Shown: piece after piece, positions 26,163 to 39,000 of the stretch
Position numbering within the stretch: position 1 is the first letter of the stretch
Layout: every line of letters starts with the position of its first letter
Origin: Marsupella aquatica
Lineage: Eukaryota; Plantae; Marchantiophyta
NCBI GenBank assembly: GCA_973895155.1
Contig: OZ316896.1
Coordinates: 1,798,001-1,862,000 of the forward strand
Length of the DNA: 64,000 nt
Direction of reading: 5' to 3'
Position numbers and translations under genes: made by a program
The notes under the pieces: generated by a model
The model's input: only the letters and a program-made list of their open reading frames with translations
The model's database searches: none
What the model was told of the DNA's origin: nothing

Positions 26163-29100
26163 CTACTTGTGATGCAATTGCAAAACCTGCAATACGTCAC
26201 GGTGTCTAGAGAAACTCTCCAAAGGAATCACTTTGGTAAATGCGTTAGCCGGGTTGAGTTTATCATCAATCTTGACTAGCTCAAACAAATTATCAAACAC
26301 AGCTTGCCTGATAAAATGGTACCTGACGTCAATGTGCTTCACTCTGCTGTCCATCACCTGGTTCACAGCAAGGTGGAGCGCACTTTGACTATCACAATGG
26401 AGCTTCACATTCCCCTGTGGCAATCTCATTTTAGTGATAAGTCTATCCAACCAAATCGCTTCTTTTGCTGCTTCCGCAGCTGCAACATACTCCGCTTCTG
26501 TAGTAGACTGAGCAATACACTTCTGCAAAGTAGACCTCCAACTTATGCATCCACCGCCAAGTGTGAACACGTATCCTGTTGTTGATCTCCTTCGGTCCAA
26601 ATCTTGTCCATAGTCAGAATCTACATAGCCAATCAATGATCTAGCATTCTTTGCATTCGCATCAAATAAAAGACCATGATCCACGGTACCCTTCAAGTAC
26701 CTGATAATCCACTTCACTGCTTCCCAGTGTACCTTCCCTGGATTCGACATGTACCTGCTCACCTTGCCCATAGCCATGGCAAGATCAGGTCTAGTGCAAG
26801 TCATCAAATACATGAGACTCCCCACTACTTTGTCATACGGAACCTTTGACATCAACCCCTTCTCTGTGTCATCCGTAGGACAGAACGCTGATGATAACTT
26901 GAAGTGTGGAGCCAACGAGGTACTTACTGGCTTGCTATTCCCCATGTTGAACCTTGCAATTACCTTCCTCGCATAACTGCTCTGCGTCAACCATAGCTTG
27001 CCAGCCTCCAAGTCCCTAGTGATCTCCATACCCAAAATCCTCTTAGCTGGCCCTAAGTCCTTCATCTTAAACTCTGCACTAAGCAGTGCCTTGAGCTTAA
27101 CAATCTCAGACCCTTGGCTGCAATTAGCATGTCATCCACATAAAGTACTAAAACAATGAACCCAAAGACAACATTTTTCACTGGTTTCAAATACACACAA
27201 GGGTCAAATACACTTCTGTGAAAACCTTGTGACCGAATCCAATCGTCAAACCGTTTGTTCCACTGTCTTGGTAACTGCTTCAACCCATACAAGGATTTCA
27301 GCAATCTGCAAACCAATTCCTCTTGTTCTCTCTTCACAAAACCTAGCGGTTGTCTCATGAAGATCACCTCTTCCAATGTGCCATAGAGGAAAGCTGTGAC
27401 AACATCCATCTGATCTAGCAGCAGACCAAACATTACAACAGTACACAATAGTCGTATTGTAGAGTACTTAGCAACTGGTGAGAAGACCTCATTGTAATCC
27501 ACACCTTTCTCTTGTGTGAATCCCTTTGCTACCAACCTAGTCTTGTAGACCTTCGATCCACCTCCTATGGAATTATCCTTCAGCTTGTAAATCCACTTGC
27601 TGTCCACCACTTGCTGACGCTTAGGCAGCTTAACAAGCTCCCAAGTTTTGTTGTCCTTTAGTGACTGCATCTCTATTTGCATTGCTGCAGTCCACTTCTA
27701 CTTCTCCTTTGAAGCACTTGCCTCATGAAATGAAGAAGGTTCCCCTTCTTCCAAAATTAACGCATCACCCTCATCATCAGCTGCAAAATCATCCTCTTGC
27801 AGTTGAGATGAATCAAACTACTGTCCATACCTTGGTGGAGCGCGTACAGTGCGACCAGATGCTCTTCTAGCCAATGACTCCGGTTGATCTGCGTGTGCTG
27901 GTACAATTTGAAGCTCAACAGCATCCACTTGCTGCTCACCAGCATCAACAAACTCCTCTGGTTCCTTTGGCACAGGAACCAGCTCCATAATTGGAGCAAC
28001 TCCTTCTCTCCGGTCATGCACCTCATAACCAATCTCCCCCTCAACGAGATCCGGGATAAGAGATTTTCCTTTGTTAGTACGGGAGACCTGAGTATTCTCC
28101 CCCTCCTTCAATAATCTGGATTCATTGAAGGAAACATCCCTACTGACAACAAGCTTATAGGCAATAGGATCCCATAGCCTATAGGCTTTCACACCACTCT
28201 GGTACCCAAGAAAAACACATTTCTTGGAGGTAGGATCCAACTTGGTCCTATTCTGCTTTGGTGTGAGAGCATATGCATTACTTCCAAAAACTACCAAGCC
28301 ATGATAGTCTGCTTGCCGCTTATAGCGCATCTCAAACGGCGTTTTGAAATTGATAGCACTGCCCAAAATTTACCAAATAAGCTGCGGTATTGACAGCTTC
28401 TACCCAAAATTCTTGTGGTAAACCTGATTGGCTCAACATACTCCGTGACCGCTCCAACAGTGTCTGATTGAGCCTCTCAACGACACCATTCTACTGCGGA
28501 GTATAAACTATGGTGAGATGGCGAGTTATCCCCTGTTCTGAACACTACTTTTCAAATTCCATTGAAGTGTACTCCCCGCCGTTGTCTGACCTCAGACTCT
28601 TCACCCTTGTATCCAAACACTTGATCGTGTTTCCAGTCTGATTCTCCACCTGGGCCTTCCACTTCTTAAAAATGGACAAGACATCAGACTTATGCGTCAT
28701 GAAATAAATCCACACAAATCTTGAGTAATCATCAATAAATGATACATAGTACAACTTTCCAGAGTGTGAGGGAGTCGGGGATGGACCCCACACGTCACTA
28801 TGTATGTACTCAAGAACCGCTTTGGAACGATGAGTTCCAACACCAAAAGCACGACGATGTTGCTTTCCAAGAATGCAATGCTCACAAAACTCTAATTTAC
28901 AAGATTGCAAATCAGAAATGAGTCCATTCTTCCGTAAGATAGCCAAACCTCTTCTCACTCATGTGACCTAGCCGTGAATGCCACAGTTGAGTCATCTCCT
29001 CGTGAGACTTGGTTACATTGGCCTCTCCACATACAGTATTGCCCTGTAACACATACAAATTCTTTTGTCTACTCCCCTTCAAAATCACTGTCTCTCCTGA

Positions 29101-30447
29101 CCTGATTCGAAGTTCACCATTAATAACGCTCCATTGATGACCATTTGAAATCAGATTCTTACGCATGCCAAGTACATACCTGACTCCGGACACTGTGCGC
29201 ACAGCGCCATCAAACATTTGAATCTTCACAGACCCAATTTCCTCAATTTGATAGGAGTGATCATTTCCCATTAGAACTGAACCGTTTGAAATAGAGTAAG
29301 AACTGAAAAACTCACGAATGTAACAAATATGAAAAGAGCAAGCACAATCAAGAATCCACACATCATCTGCTTTCCTAGATGACGTGCACAAGGCATACCC
29401 CCGGCTTCATAAAACATACTCATCATTGAGTAAATCAGCTTCTTCATCAGCCCTAGCCACATTTGTCGATGAAGTTTCCGCTGCCTTTCCCTTACAGTCT
29501 CGCTTGAAGTGTCCAACTTGGTTGCACTTCCAACATGTCACCTGCCTCCTCTGAGGGGATTTACCCTTGGACGTAGATCTGGATTTAGATCTAAACTGGG
29601 TTCTACGGTCCCCAGTTGGTCGCTGCATACTCTTCCCACAGTTAATATTGAGGGCAGCACCAGATGATGAAGGCTGTGACGTGATGTGCATCTTCTGCTG
29701 AAGATCATCACTAAGCAGAGAACTTACCACGTCATTGTATGAAATGGTATTCCTATCATGATGCAACAATACTCGTGATAGGGACTAGTAAGATGGAGGC
29801 AATGAACTAAGAAGCTGCAGAGCCTTCGTCTCATCATTCAAAGTCTCCCCAAGGTTTTCCAAGTCAACGACCATGTCGTTGAAAGCATCCACATGGTCTT
29901 GCAACTTCGTACCGGATTCCTTCATCCTGAAACTCATCAGTTTGTAGGAAGTGTAGAGCCGGTTCGACAACTCCTTGCGGTGATACTTGCTCTGCAATTC
30001 CGCAAACAAGGACATGCAATCCTTATGTGCACCCAACTGCTTGATGATGAGAGGCATGAGATAGAGTGTAACACACCACACTCCCTGCTCCTGCATGCGG
30101 TCCCATTGTTTCTCATTAACATTGTCTTGATGAGGGCTCAGCAGTTGGCCCATCCCTGACGCATAGAGCACTCCCTTCACCTACTTCTCCCATAGCAAGT
30201 AGTCAGAGCGCCCATCATACTTTGTCACTTCATACTTGGGTCCCCCAAGCTTGAAAGTCCCCATCTTCTTCTTTGGCACTACCGTGAGCTCCGGTAGTAG
30301 TACTGCTTCCTCCACCACACGCCGCACCGGTGATGGTATCAGTGTCACGTGCTCTTCCTCCTGCTCCTCTCTCTGCCCCTTAAACCGCCGCGGTGATCCT
30401 CGTGCTTCAAGTTCCACATCTTCGAAAAACTCCTCCGAATCACTCAT
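26163..30447 (-). pseudogene. Copia gag-pol polyprotein with several premature stops and frameshifts
   Basis: ORF pieces 30181-30447, 29785-30180, 29407-29769, 28912-29391, 28545-28958, 27818-28366, 27062-27682 and 26163-27065 carry consecutive copia domains. Confidence 0.93.
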
Positions 30448-31858
30448 ATGAGAAAATCACAAAAAATGTCCTTTTTCACAACTTCTCAAAAAAAACTCGA
30501 AACTCAACACCGCCGCGTAGCCCACAAAGCTAGGAGTCCAATACTAAAAAACCGAAATCAAAATCAAAATTTGATGGAAAAGTTATTCAAATTTCGGTCG
30601 AGGTGGGTAAAACCTTGGGAAACTCCCCCGTTTTGACCACCTCAGGGAATAACCAAAATACCAAGTACAACCCGTCGTCGAATTGCAATGTGATTGGTGC
30701 GCCATGTTGCCAACTTCAATGGCTACGACCTCGCCAAAAAAGAACCAAAAAAGTTATCGTTCAGCGGACGAAATCTTTGTCGGACGGTCAAAAAATAGCT
30801 CTCTGGTTTTTTGGAATATTCTATGACCCTTGTACAGGCCCTGTGGGAATTTTGGAAGAACAATCGAGGGGCTGACACGTGTCCTCGAACCCCCAAAACC
30901 CCCTACCACCCTTTGTTGTCAAAATCTGGTCGCGCGCGCAGAAAATACACACGGCAGATTGTACCCCTTGACACCAAACGCAAGATATCTTACTCGGGAT
31001 TTGACGAAATCAAGATCTGATTTCTAATTTGGAAACTAGACTCCGAGGCGGTGAAGATCGATATAAGAAGCACCCAAAACGAGGAAAAAACGAGGAAAGA
31101 ACGAGGGAGAAAAAAATTGGTAAAGATGACAAATTTTTCTCAATTGCCATAGCCAATTTCGAATCATTTTTTTCAAAGAGAAAAAATGGTACCTTGTCAA
31201 CAACGAATGTTGATCAATTGCACTTGGTGCCGTCACCAAGTCCAACAGCGTAATTGATTTTGCTTAGCCTTCCTCTTTGCATCAAAGAGCCAATCCCGGA
31301 CTCAAAACAATCGTCTTGCCTCAATCTCTCCGTTGAGTCAAAACACTTGACGCTTCTCCCTCCGAGTCGATTGCCACGACAAGAAACCCCGATCAGGCAA
31401 AAGAGGACTCCATAGCCGGTCAGAAAATTAGAATGTTTCTTTTGCTCGTCCCGTCGCACACGGTACTCACTTGGTAATAAATCAGCTACCAAAACAAACA
31501 ACTCATCCCGATCTACAAGCAGAGCTACAGCATGCGATACCTCCTTCGCCGTAGAGCTCACACCGTTGAGAAAATAAACTCTGGTCCCTCCTCCAAAAAA
31601 CCGTCAAACACGAATGTTGCCAACTTTCTTCACAAAATCCAGAACGACGAAAACTTAGATCTCTCTGCACCACCAGCTCCGTTTAGCGATTTCTTCACAC
31701 CATTAGAAAGCTCTTGCCCCGATCTATCCGTTGAGCCCATAAACTTCAAGTTCCATGCGACGGAACTCTGGGAAATCCACCGACACTCAACGCTGGAAAA
31801 ACTGTCATGAAATCCCGTCACGAACACACGTCACGAACACACGTCACCTCCCAAGCAT

Positions 31859-31870
31859 GCTCTGATACCA
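31859..31870 (-). promoter_or_regulatory. Primer binding site (tRNA-iMet) of the copia element
   Basis: TGGTATCAGAGC on the minus strand, 2 nt inside the 5' LTR. Confidence 0.93.
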
Positions 31871-31872
31871 AT

Positions 31873-32239
31873 TGTTGAGCATAGACGATGATCGCAACGG
31901 CAAGCCCATGAACCATCCAACGCATAGTAGTCAACACAAGAGATACGTGGTTCACCTCCTTGAGGCTACGTCCACGGGAACACACAAGAGAGCTTTACTA
32001 AACTCTAAGCCCGTCGGCTATACCGAGTCTCCACAGTGTAAGCTCTCCCTATCTCTCAAGTGGCTCCATAACAATGACCCTTGGTTCTACCTCTCCAAAC
32101 ACACGTGCCTCTTATGATATAGAGTGCAACTTAGTTGTACCTAATCACGTAGTTGTACCTAACCACGTAGTTGTACCAACCCACGTTGTTGTACCAACCA
32201 CGTCATACCTAACCTAGACGTAAGAGTAAATACCCAACA
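31873..32239 (-). repeat. 5' LTR of the copia element
   Basis: TGTTGAGCATAGAC...AAATACCCAACA matches 25606-25972. Confidence 0.97.
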
Positions 32240-33102
32240 AGTCATTTGTGCACTCTTCTTTTTGGAAGCATCGGTCACAAAATAGTCTACCAACCTTTTC
32301 CACACTTTATCATCACAGCTTGTTGGTGGTGGCATATCTGGCTTCTCCCCACCTTCTTTCCATGCCTTGTGCATCCTCCATCTCTCTTGTTTAATAATCT
32401 TACTTGCTGTACTTTCCAAGCATGCAATGTCCACTCCATCATCACTGCCCACATAATTCCATCGAGCAGCAACATTTTGACAAACCATCTTCCAATCTTG
32501 GGCATGTTGTTTTTTAAAATTAATAATACTCACATCCAACCAACGTAAAACTTTAGCTTTCAAATTAGCATGCCATCGATTCTTGCGAGGACACTCAACA
32601 TCCATCCATTATCTGTCATTCAATTTTACTGTCCCTTTCTTTGTTACTTCCCCCTGTGCACTGCTCTCTGTAGTACTGGGGGTGTAATGGGCACCCCTTG
32701 ATTCACCTTACTTGGAGTTCTGAAGTCACCTTCACAAAGCCATTCCCATTGCCAAACATTCATGTATCAAACAGATGCAATTACAAGCTTGTACCTAGCT
32801 AGGTGGCAATCATTCATCACAAAACATATATGCAATCTGTACAAACAAGTCTTTACCTCCAGGGGACCACAAAAGATAAAATATACATATACCTGCACCT
32901 CCACCTCCACCTGTAGGCATCTGTGCAGGGACAAAATTCTGATATTGTTGTGACTGTTCGTCACCTGCCCAACCCAGTACATGCTTCTTTTCTAGTCATT
33001 ACGTACTCACTTTATAGCATGGATTGACAACATCAACATTCTTCATGACTTAGTAAATTGGTAAACTTGCTATCCATATTCAAATTTACCTGACCCCCTT
33101 CC

Positions 33103-36062
33103 ATGCTAGTGAAGAAGGTCGGGTGTCATCACCTGAGCCCTACTCATAAAGACAAGATACAAGGAAAAAATCTATGTAGCAGACAAGGAAATGGCAGCAA
33201 AATCCTCGAAGAAGACATACCAGAAGAAGAGTCGGTAGGAAGAAACGAGTACCCAACCGACATGGGGGAACCAGAGGCACAGCCAGACGAGAGGCCAGGG
33301 ACCAGATTGAGCCAGCGGTCGCGCATACATTACAAGGCATTTCATGGGAGAGGAGATGAGGATCCGGACGAATGGTTGGATGATTTCGAGGGAACCGCTG
33401 CAGCAAATGGAGAATCGGCCATCAAGATGCAGATTCTTCCCGGCCTGTTCAAGGGTGAGGCTAGGCCTTGGTACAGAGCATTAGATGTGGAAGATCAAGC
33501 CATCTGGGATATCTTCAAAACACTCTTTGTTAAGGAGTTTCGACCCATTGGAACTTCAGAACTAGCAGTGCTGAAGTTGGGACAACTTCGGTTCAAGGAG
33601 AACAAATCCTTCAGGAAGTTCTTGCAACGCTTTCAGAAACTGGTAAGACGTACAAAGACCAATGCATCTGAAGGTATGCAACTTCAATGGTTGGTGAATG
33701 CTTTGCCACAGAAGATGAGTTTTGCAATTAGGAAGGAGAACCCGGAGACTTTAGCCGAAGCAATTAAGGATATTCAATTATACATTAATGCAGATATCAC
33801 AAGCCGGAAGAAACAGCTTAAGTCTGAGAGTTCCTCATCAGAGGAGGGATCACCCCATAAGAAAAAAGATAAGAAGAAGAAACATCCCAAGAAGTCTAGA
33901 AGTGATAAGTCAAGCTTGGATAGTGGGAGTAGCAAGAGTGAGTCATCTTCTAGTTCTGAAGAAGAAAAAACTAGGAAAAGGAAGGGCAGAAGGAGAGGGA
34001 AGACGAAAGTCAAGATGGAGGCTAAGCCACCAGATAACATCGTAGCCCTTACCGAGCAACTTAAGGCTATCATTGCAGAGGTAAAACCAAAGAAGAAGGT
34101 AGTACAGGAGGATAGCTCTGTATGGTGTGCCTTATGTTATAAAACCGGACACCATAAAGATGCGTGTCCTAAGCTTAATACTAATCATGTTCGGCATGTG
34201 GCCGAGATCAGACCATGTCAGGGAGAAGTAGAGTACTTTTTAGGAGATGCCGCTGATAGTGTTTTCGGCATCAGTGAGACTAGAGCACGAGACCTATCCA
34301 ACAGACCTGCATCTCTGTGGTCAGGGTTAAGGAACAATCCAGGAGAGATGTATCCTCGGATTATTCAGAACCCGTCAGTACCTCCTAGGCCGAATGTGCA
34401 AAGATTTGCGGCGTGCTATAATTGTGGTCAACCTGGCCATTTTGCTAGAGAATGCCCGAATGCACGCAAACAGGGTGATGGACAACCAGCTCAGCTATGT
34501 ATGGGATGCCGACAGGAAGGTCATATGCTAGGGCAATGTCCTACTTGGTTGGCAGGCCTGGCCGCAAATCATAAGCTTTTGCCGATCAAGATCTTACCGC
34601 CAGGTACTACCCCCGGAGGAGTTCAAATCAACCACATCGAACTAGGATGGCAAGAGGATGCCGAGGCAGAGTTCGTACCATCTGCTGATGAGGCCGAAGC
34701 CCTATCAACCTTCTCAGAGGAGGATTTAGATCATGATTGCTACCGGGTCTCTACTCGATCTACCAAAAGGAAGGAAAGGTGGGATGGGCTGGCCAAAAAT
34801 AAAGGGAAGGTTACGGAGGAAAGGATCGACTCTTCGTCAACATGAACAGAAGGAGAAGGGAGGGCTCCGGCAATACAGGTAAGCCATGAGCCCACCCGTG
34901 AAACCAATCCTTCACAAGATAGCGACTTCAATCGAGATCATCCTAAGTTGTTCTACCCCTCTGTTACGGCTAGTGTTAAGGAACAACTAAGAGAATTAGA
35001 AACCCTGGAGAATACCGAAGCCATTGCCAAGGATGTAAAATGAGCAAAAGCATTGTTTGCTTCGGAAGACCCAACAGCTGTGGAGACTAGCATGGCAAAA
35101 CTGGCCGAATCCAAGACGGAAACACCACCAGAAGAGAAGCCGATTGTTCCCTATGACCTGGCTAAAGATGTACTAGAATCTAGAGTCTCGGCAACAGTAG
35201 GTCAACTATTGAAAAATAGCCTGTATTTCCGGAAGCAATTAAGGAAGGCTATTCTCGGCAAGCCGAGATTACCCAAGGTAGCAACCAGATCCGACGTACT
35301 AATGATAGAAGAAGATCAAGGAGCCCCAGCATTACCATTAATGATTCAAGGAGAATTATTACTACGGGTACCCATCGATGGAGGATCAGGGGTATGTATT
35401 ATGATTGATTCAACAGCAAAGGGTGGGGTCTAACACCGGAGATGACTGGAAGAGTGTTGAACATGGCCAATGGATATCAGGTCATTCCGACGGGAGTGTT
35501 AACCGGCATCAAGACAGAGATAGGAGGTATCTTCTTTAGCATTAACTATGTAGTAATGAAGCCGGTAAATCCTACGTCATTCCGGCTATTGATTGGTAGG
35601 CCATGGCTGTACCTAGCCAAGGTAATAGAAGATTGGGGTAAAAAGCAGTTCACTTTCGGGACCCCCTCTATCACGGTATCCTGGGACACTAAGGATGACC
35701 GTAGGAAAAGCATAAGGGAAGTAGATGGGTACGATAGTGGACTGGAGTCAGCCGATGAAGTACGTTGGTTAGAATGCCTCACTAACCTAACCGAAGAAGG
35801 TGTCTTTGGACCAGAGGTAGCCCCCAACGGATTATGGCAAGAACCAATGGAAGGTGACTTGGAAGAAGAAGACGAAGAGGTCGAGGACTGCTTTACAATA
35901 GAATCCACCTTTTTAGCTGCAATTCCGGAGGAAGTAAAGGATGTAGACCAATTGGATGAAACGGCTAAGTGGGGAGCAGTAGCAGGGACAGTGGATTTTC
36001 TGCAGGCGTTGTGGCAGAGCCGACGGGGTCCACAACGCCATCGATCATCGGCAAGGAATTAA
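33103..36062 (+). pseudogene. Gypsy gag + aspartic protease (likely start ATG 33262), with two in-frame TGA stops and one frameshift near 35420
   Basis: Retrotransposon gag FHGRGDEDPDEWL and GEARPWY, three CCHC knuckles (CALCYKTGHHKDAC, CYNCGQPGHFAREC, CMGCRQEGHMLGQC), and protease PIDGGSGV...LLIGRPWL. Confidence 0.88.
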
Positions 36063-39000
36063 ATACCAAGGGATCGGCATACAAGCTGATTACGAGGGCA
36101 GAACAAATCGAGGCCCTATTAGAAGCCGAGAGAGCACAGCGGCCTAACTCTCAGGAGCAAGAGGTGGATGAGATGGACAAACACGATCCAGAGCCAAGGC
36201 AGGAAGGGGAGCTGACCACTAATTCAAAACCGAATAGACCGGTAAGGGGACAATCTATGGACACCAAGGAAGGGACCGACTCGGCTAGTCCAGCCGAGAT
36301 CCCAGTTTATGGAGGTATGAGATTAGAGAGACTGGAAGCCGAACTGGACCCGAATTTGAAGAAGCAGATTAATATGATCCAAGCACGGCAATATCGGAAG
36401 CTCGACTTAGGAGAGGGAAGAGAACTGAACTTAGGGAGAAACCTAGCACCTGAGCTCGAGAAAGAGATCAGTGACTTATTGATTGAATTTCAGGATGTGT
36501 TTGCATGGAGTCACCAAGATCTAAAGGGAGTAGATCCAACACTAGGGGAACATCGAATTGATCTCATGTTAGGAGCCAAATCATTTCGACAACCAATTCG
36601 AAGGATGAACCCGAAGTATTCCCTGCTGGTCAAAACAGAAATCGACAAACTAGTGGAAGCTGGATTCATCACTCCAGTCTTGCATTCAGACTGGGTGTCT
36701 CCAATTGTGATAGTTCCCAAGAAAGCTGGACCCGATGGTAAACCCAAGATCCGGGTTTGTCAGGATTACAGGAAGCTGAATGAAGCAACATTAAAAGACC
36801 ATTTTCCTTTACCGTTTACTGATATGGTACTAGACATGGTAGCCAGTCATGAACTATATTCATTCATGGATGGATACTCTGGTTATAACCAAATCAGGAT
36901 TCGGCAGGAAGACCAAATCAAGACGGCCTTCATCACGGAATGGGGGATCTATGTCTTCAATCGTATGCCGTTTGGACTCTGCAACGCACCAGCTATGTTC
37001 CAACGATTAATGGTGAACATTTTTCATGATTACTTGAGAAAGTTCATGGAAATCTTCATTGATGACTTTGCAGTATTCGGGAAGGCATCGAAACATGCTA
37101 AATACCTCAGGAAAACCTTCATGAGATGTAGAGAGGTGGGTCTCAAGTTACACCCAGATAAATGTTTTTTTGCAGTAATCGAGGGGGTGCTACTAGGTCA
37201 CAAGGTATCAAGGAAGGGCATTGAGATTGACAAAGGTAAGCTAGCAGTATGGCTAGATATCATGCAACCTAAGAACATAAAGGATGTAAGATCCTTCTTG
37301 GGATGCATTGGTTACTATCGCCGGTTCATCAAGGATTTTGCCAAGCTAGCTTTACCATTAACCAATATGCTCAAGGCAGGAGCAGACTTCGAACCCACAC
37401 CCGAACGAGTCACAGCGGTGGTAGAATTAAAGCAGATGTTAGTAGAGGCCCCAGTCATGATAGCACCGGACTGGAACAAAGATTTTCATGTTTTTATAGA
37501 TGTCTCGGGCTTCTGTATTGGCTCAGTACTAAGTCAGTTGGATGATAAAGGAAGGGACCATCCCATATACTTCGCAAGCCGTCAGCTTGCCGATGCCGAA
37601 CGGAACTACTCTACCACGGAAAGAGAAGCATTAGGAGTCATTTATTCTTGTAAAAAGTTTAGGCATTATTTACTAGGGTACAAGGTAATCTTTCATACTG
37701 ATCACGAAAGTTTGAAGTACCTAGTCAATAAGCCGGACCTTACAGGCAGAGTAGCAAGATGGATTTTGCTATTACAGGAGTTTGACTATGAGCTGAGGAT
37801 CAAGTCGGGAAAGTTACATGCCAATGCCGACTTCTTTTCAAGGATCACAGGTAAACCTACCACGGATTGCATCGATGATCGATTCCCCGACGAGGAGCTA
37901 TTCGTTGTGGAAATAGCTGGTACATGGTACCCTGAGATTTTACAATTTCTCAGCACTTCCAGATTACAGCCAGGATTAAGCCGAGAGCAAGCCGCAGTCT
38001 TTGTGCGGAAGGTCAGACAGTATCAGTGCATTAAAGGCATACTGCACAAGCATGGAATCAACGGCATGATTCAAAGATGTTTGGAAAAGAGAGAGGTAAA
38101 ACGAGTCCTACGGGCCATGCATGGAGAGGAGGCCGGAGGACATTTTGCCCCAGTAACCACGTCTAAGAAGATATTAAATGCCGGTTACTGGTGGCCCACC
38201 TTGCACAAAGATGTCTATCAGTTTATCAAACAATGCGATCCTTGTCAACGAGCGGGAGGACCAAGGGCGTCCACCAGGCATCCACTGCACCCTATTCTAC
38301 CTCTGGCACCATTCGAGAAGTGGGGTATTGATTACATTGGACCTCTGAAACCACTGACCCACCCTCGACGGAACAAGTACATAATCCTGGCTACGGATTA
38401 TGCAACTAAATGGGTAGAGGCCAGACCAACAACGAAGGATGATGCAATTACTACGGCTAGATTCATGTATGAGCAGATCTTCACCAGGTATGGAGCACCC
38501 CTAGAATTAGTTAGTGATAGAGGAACCCATTTTTTGAATGATATAATTAGTCGTTTAAATGAGCAGTATTTAGTTAAACATAGGCCTACTACTCCCTACC
38601 ATCCAAAGGCAAACGGGTTGACAGAACGAGCAAACGGAATTATAGGAAAGATATTGAACAAGACAGTAGCTCAGAACAAACTCGATTGGGATGATAAATT
38701 GTTTGCTGTTGTTTTTGCTTACAATCTTGCCTATAAATCCACTACCGGTCATACACCCTTCTTCTTAACCTTTGGACAAGAAGCCCTGGTACCCATGCAA
38801 CTTGAGATACCGACATTTCAAGTTACAATTGAGGAAAGAGCCTCAGCGGAGGAGAGCCTAAAGGAGCGAGAATATAGGTTAGAAGCTTTAGAGGAAGCGA
38901 GAATGATTTCAGCCGAGAGAGTAGAATATAGACAGAATATCATGAAGCAGCAGTATGATAAAAGGTTAAAAGTAGTTAGTATTCATACCGGTGATCTTGT

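Larger units (their letters stand above)
25606..32239 (-). mobile_element. Full-length Ty1/copia LTR retrotransposon with disrupted gag-pol
   Basis: Two 367-bp TG...CA LTRs and a 5-bp TSD AGTCA (25601-25605 and 32240-32244). Domain order is gag (CWKCNQVGHFKRDC), PR (WILDCACS), INT (HSDVWGP, RSDNGGEY), RT (LYGLKQ, YVDDM), RH (YVDSD, STTEAEY) over 30447-26163. Confidence 0.97.
24080..33100 (-). mobile_element. CACTA/En-Spm-type TnpA-like (Ptta) gene remnant with introns, split by the copia insertion
   Basis: PPPTSCDDKVWKRLVDYFVTDASKKKSAQM (32245-32605) continues as TDARLSVQNPNLTGRT below 25605 once the copia is removed. A C-terminal En/Spm-like segment GKVQAGSTTFHGRKVSPSYSVVLIDLLVVPKAALP lies at ~24090-24200. 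Confidence 0.7.

Noticed and set aside
35410-35442. Second programmed frameshift inside the protease
   Set aside because: It falls in the middle of the protease domain with no convincing heptamer plus stimulator, and is best explained by a 1-nt deletion.
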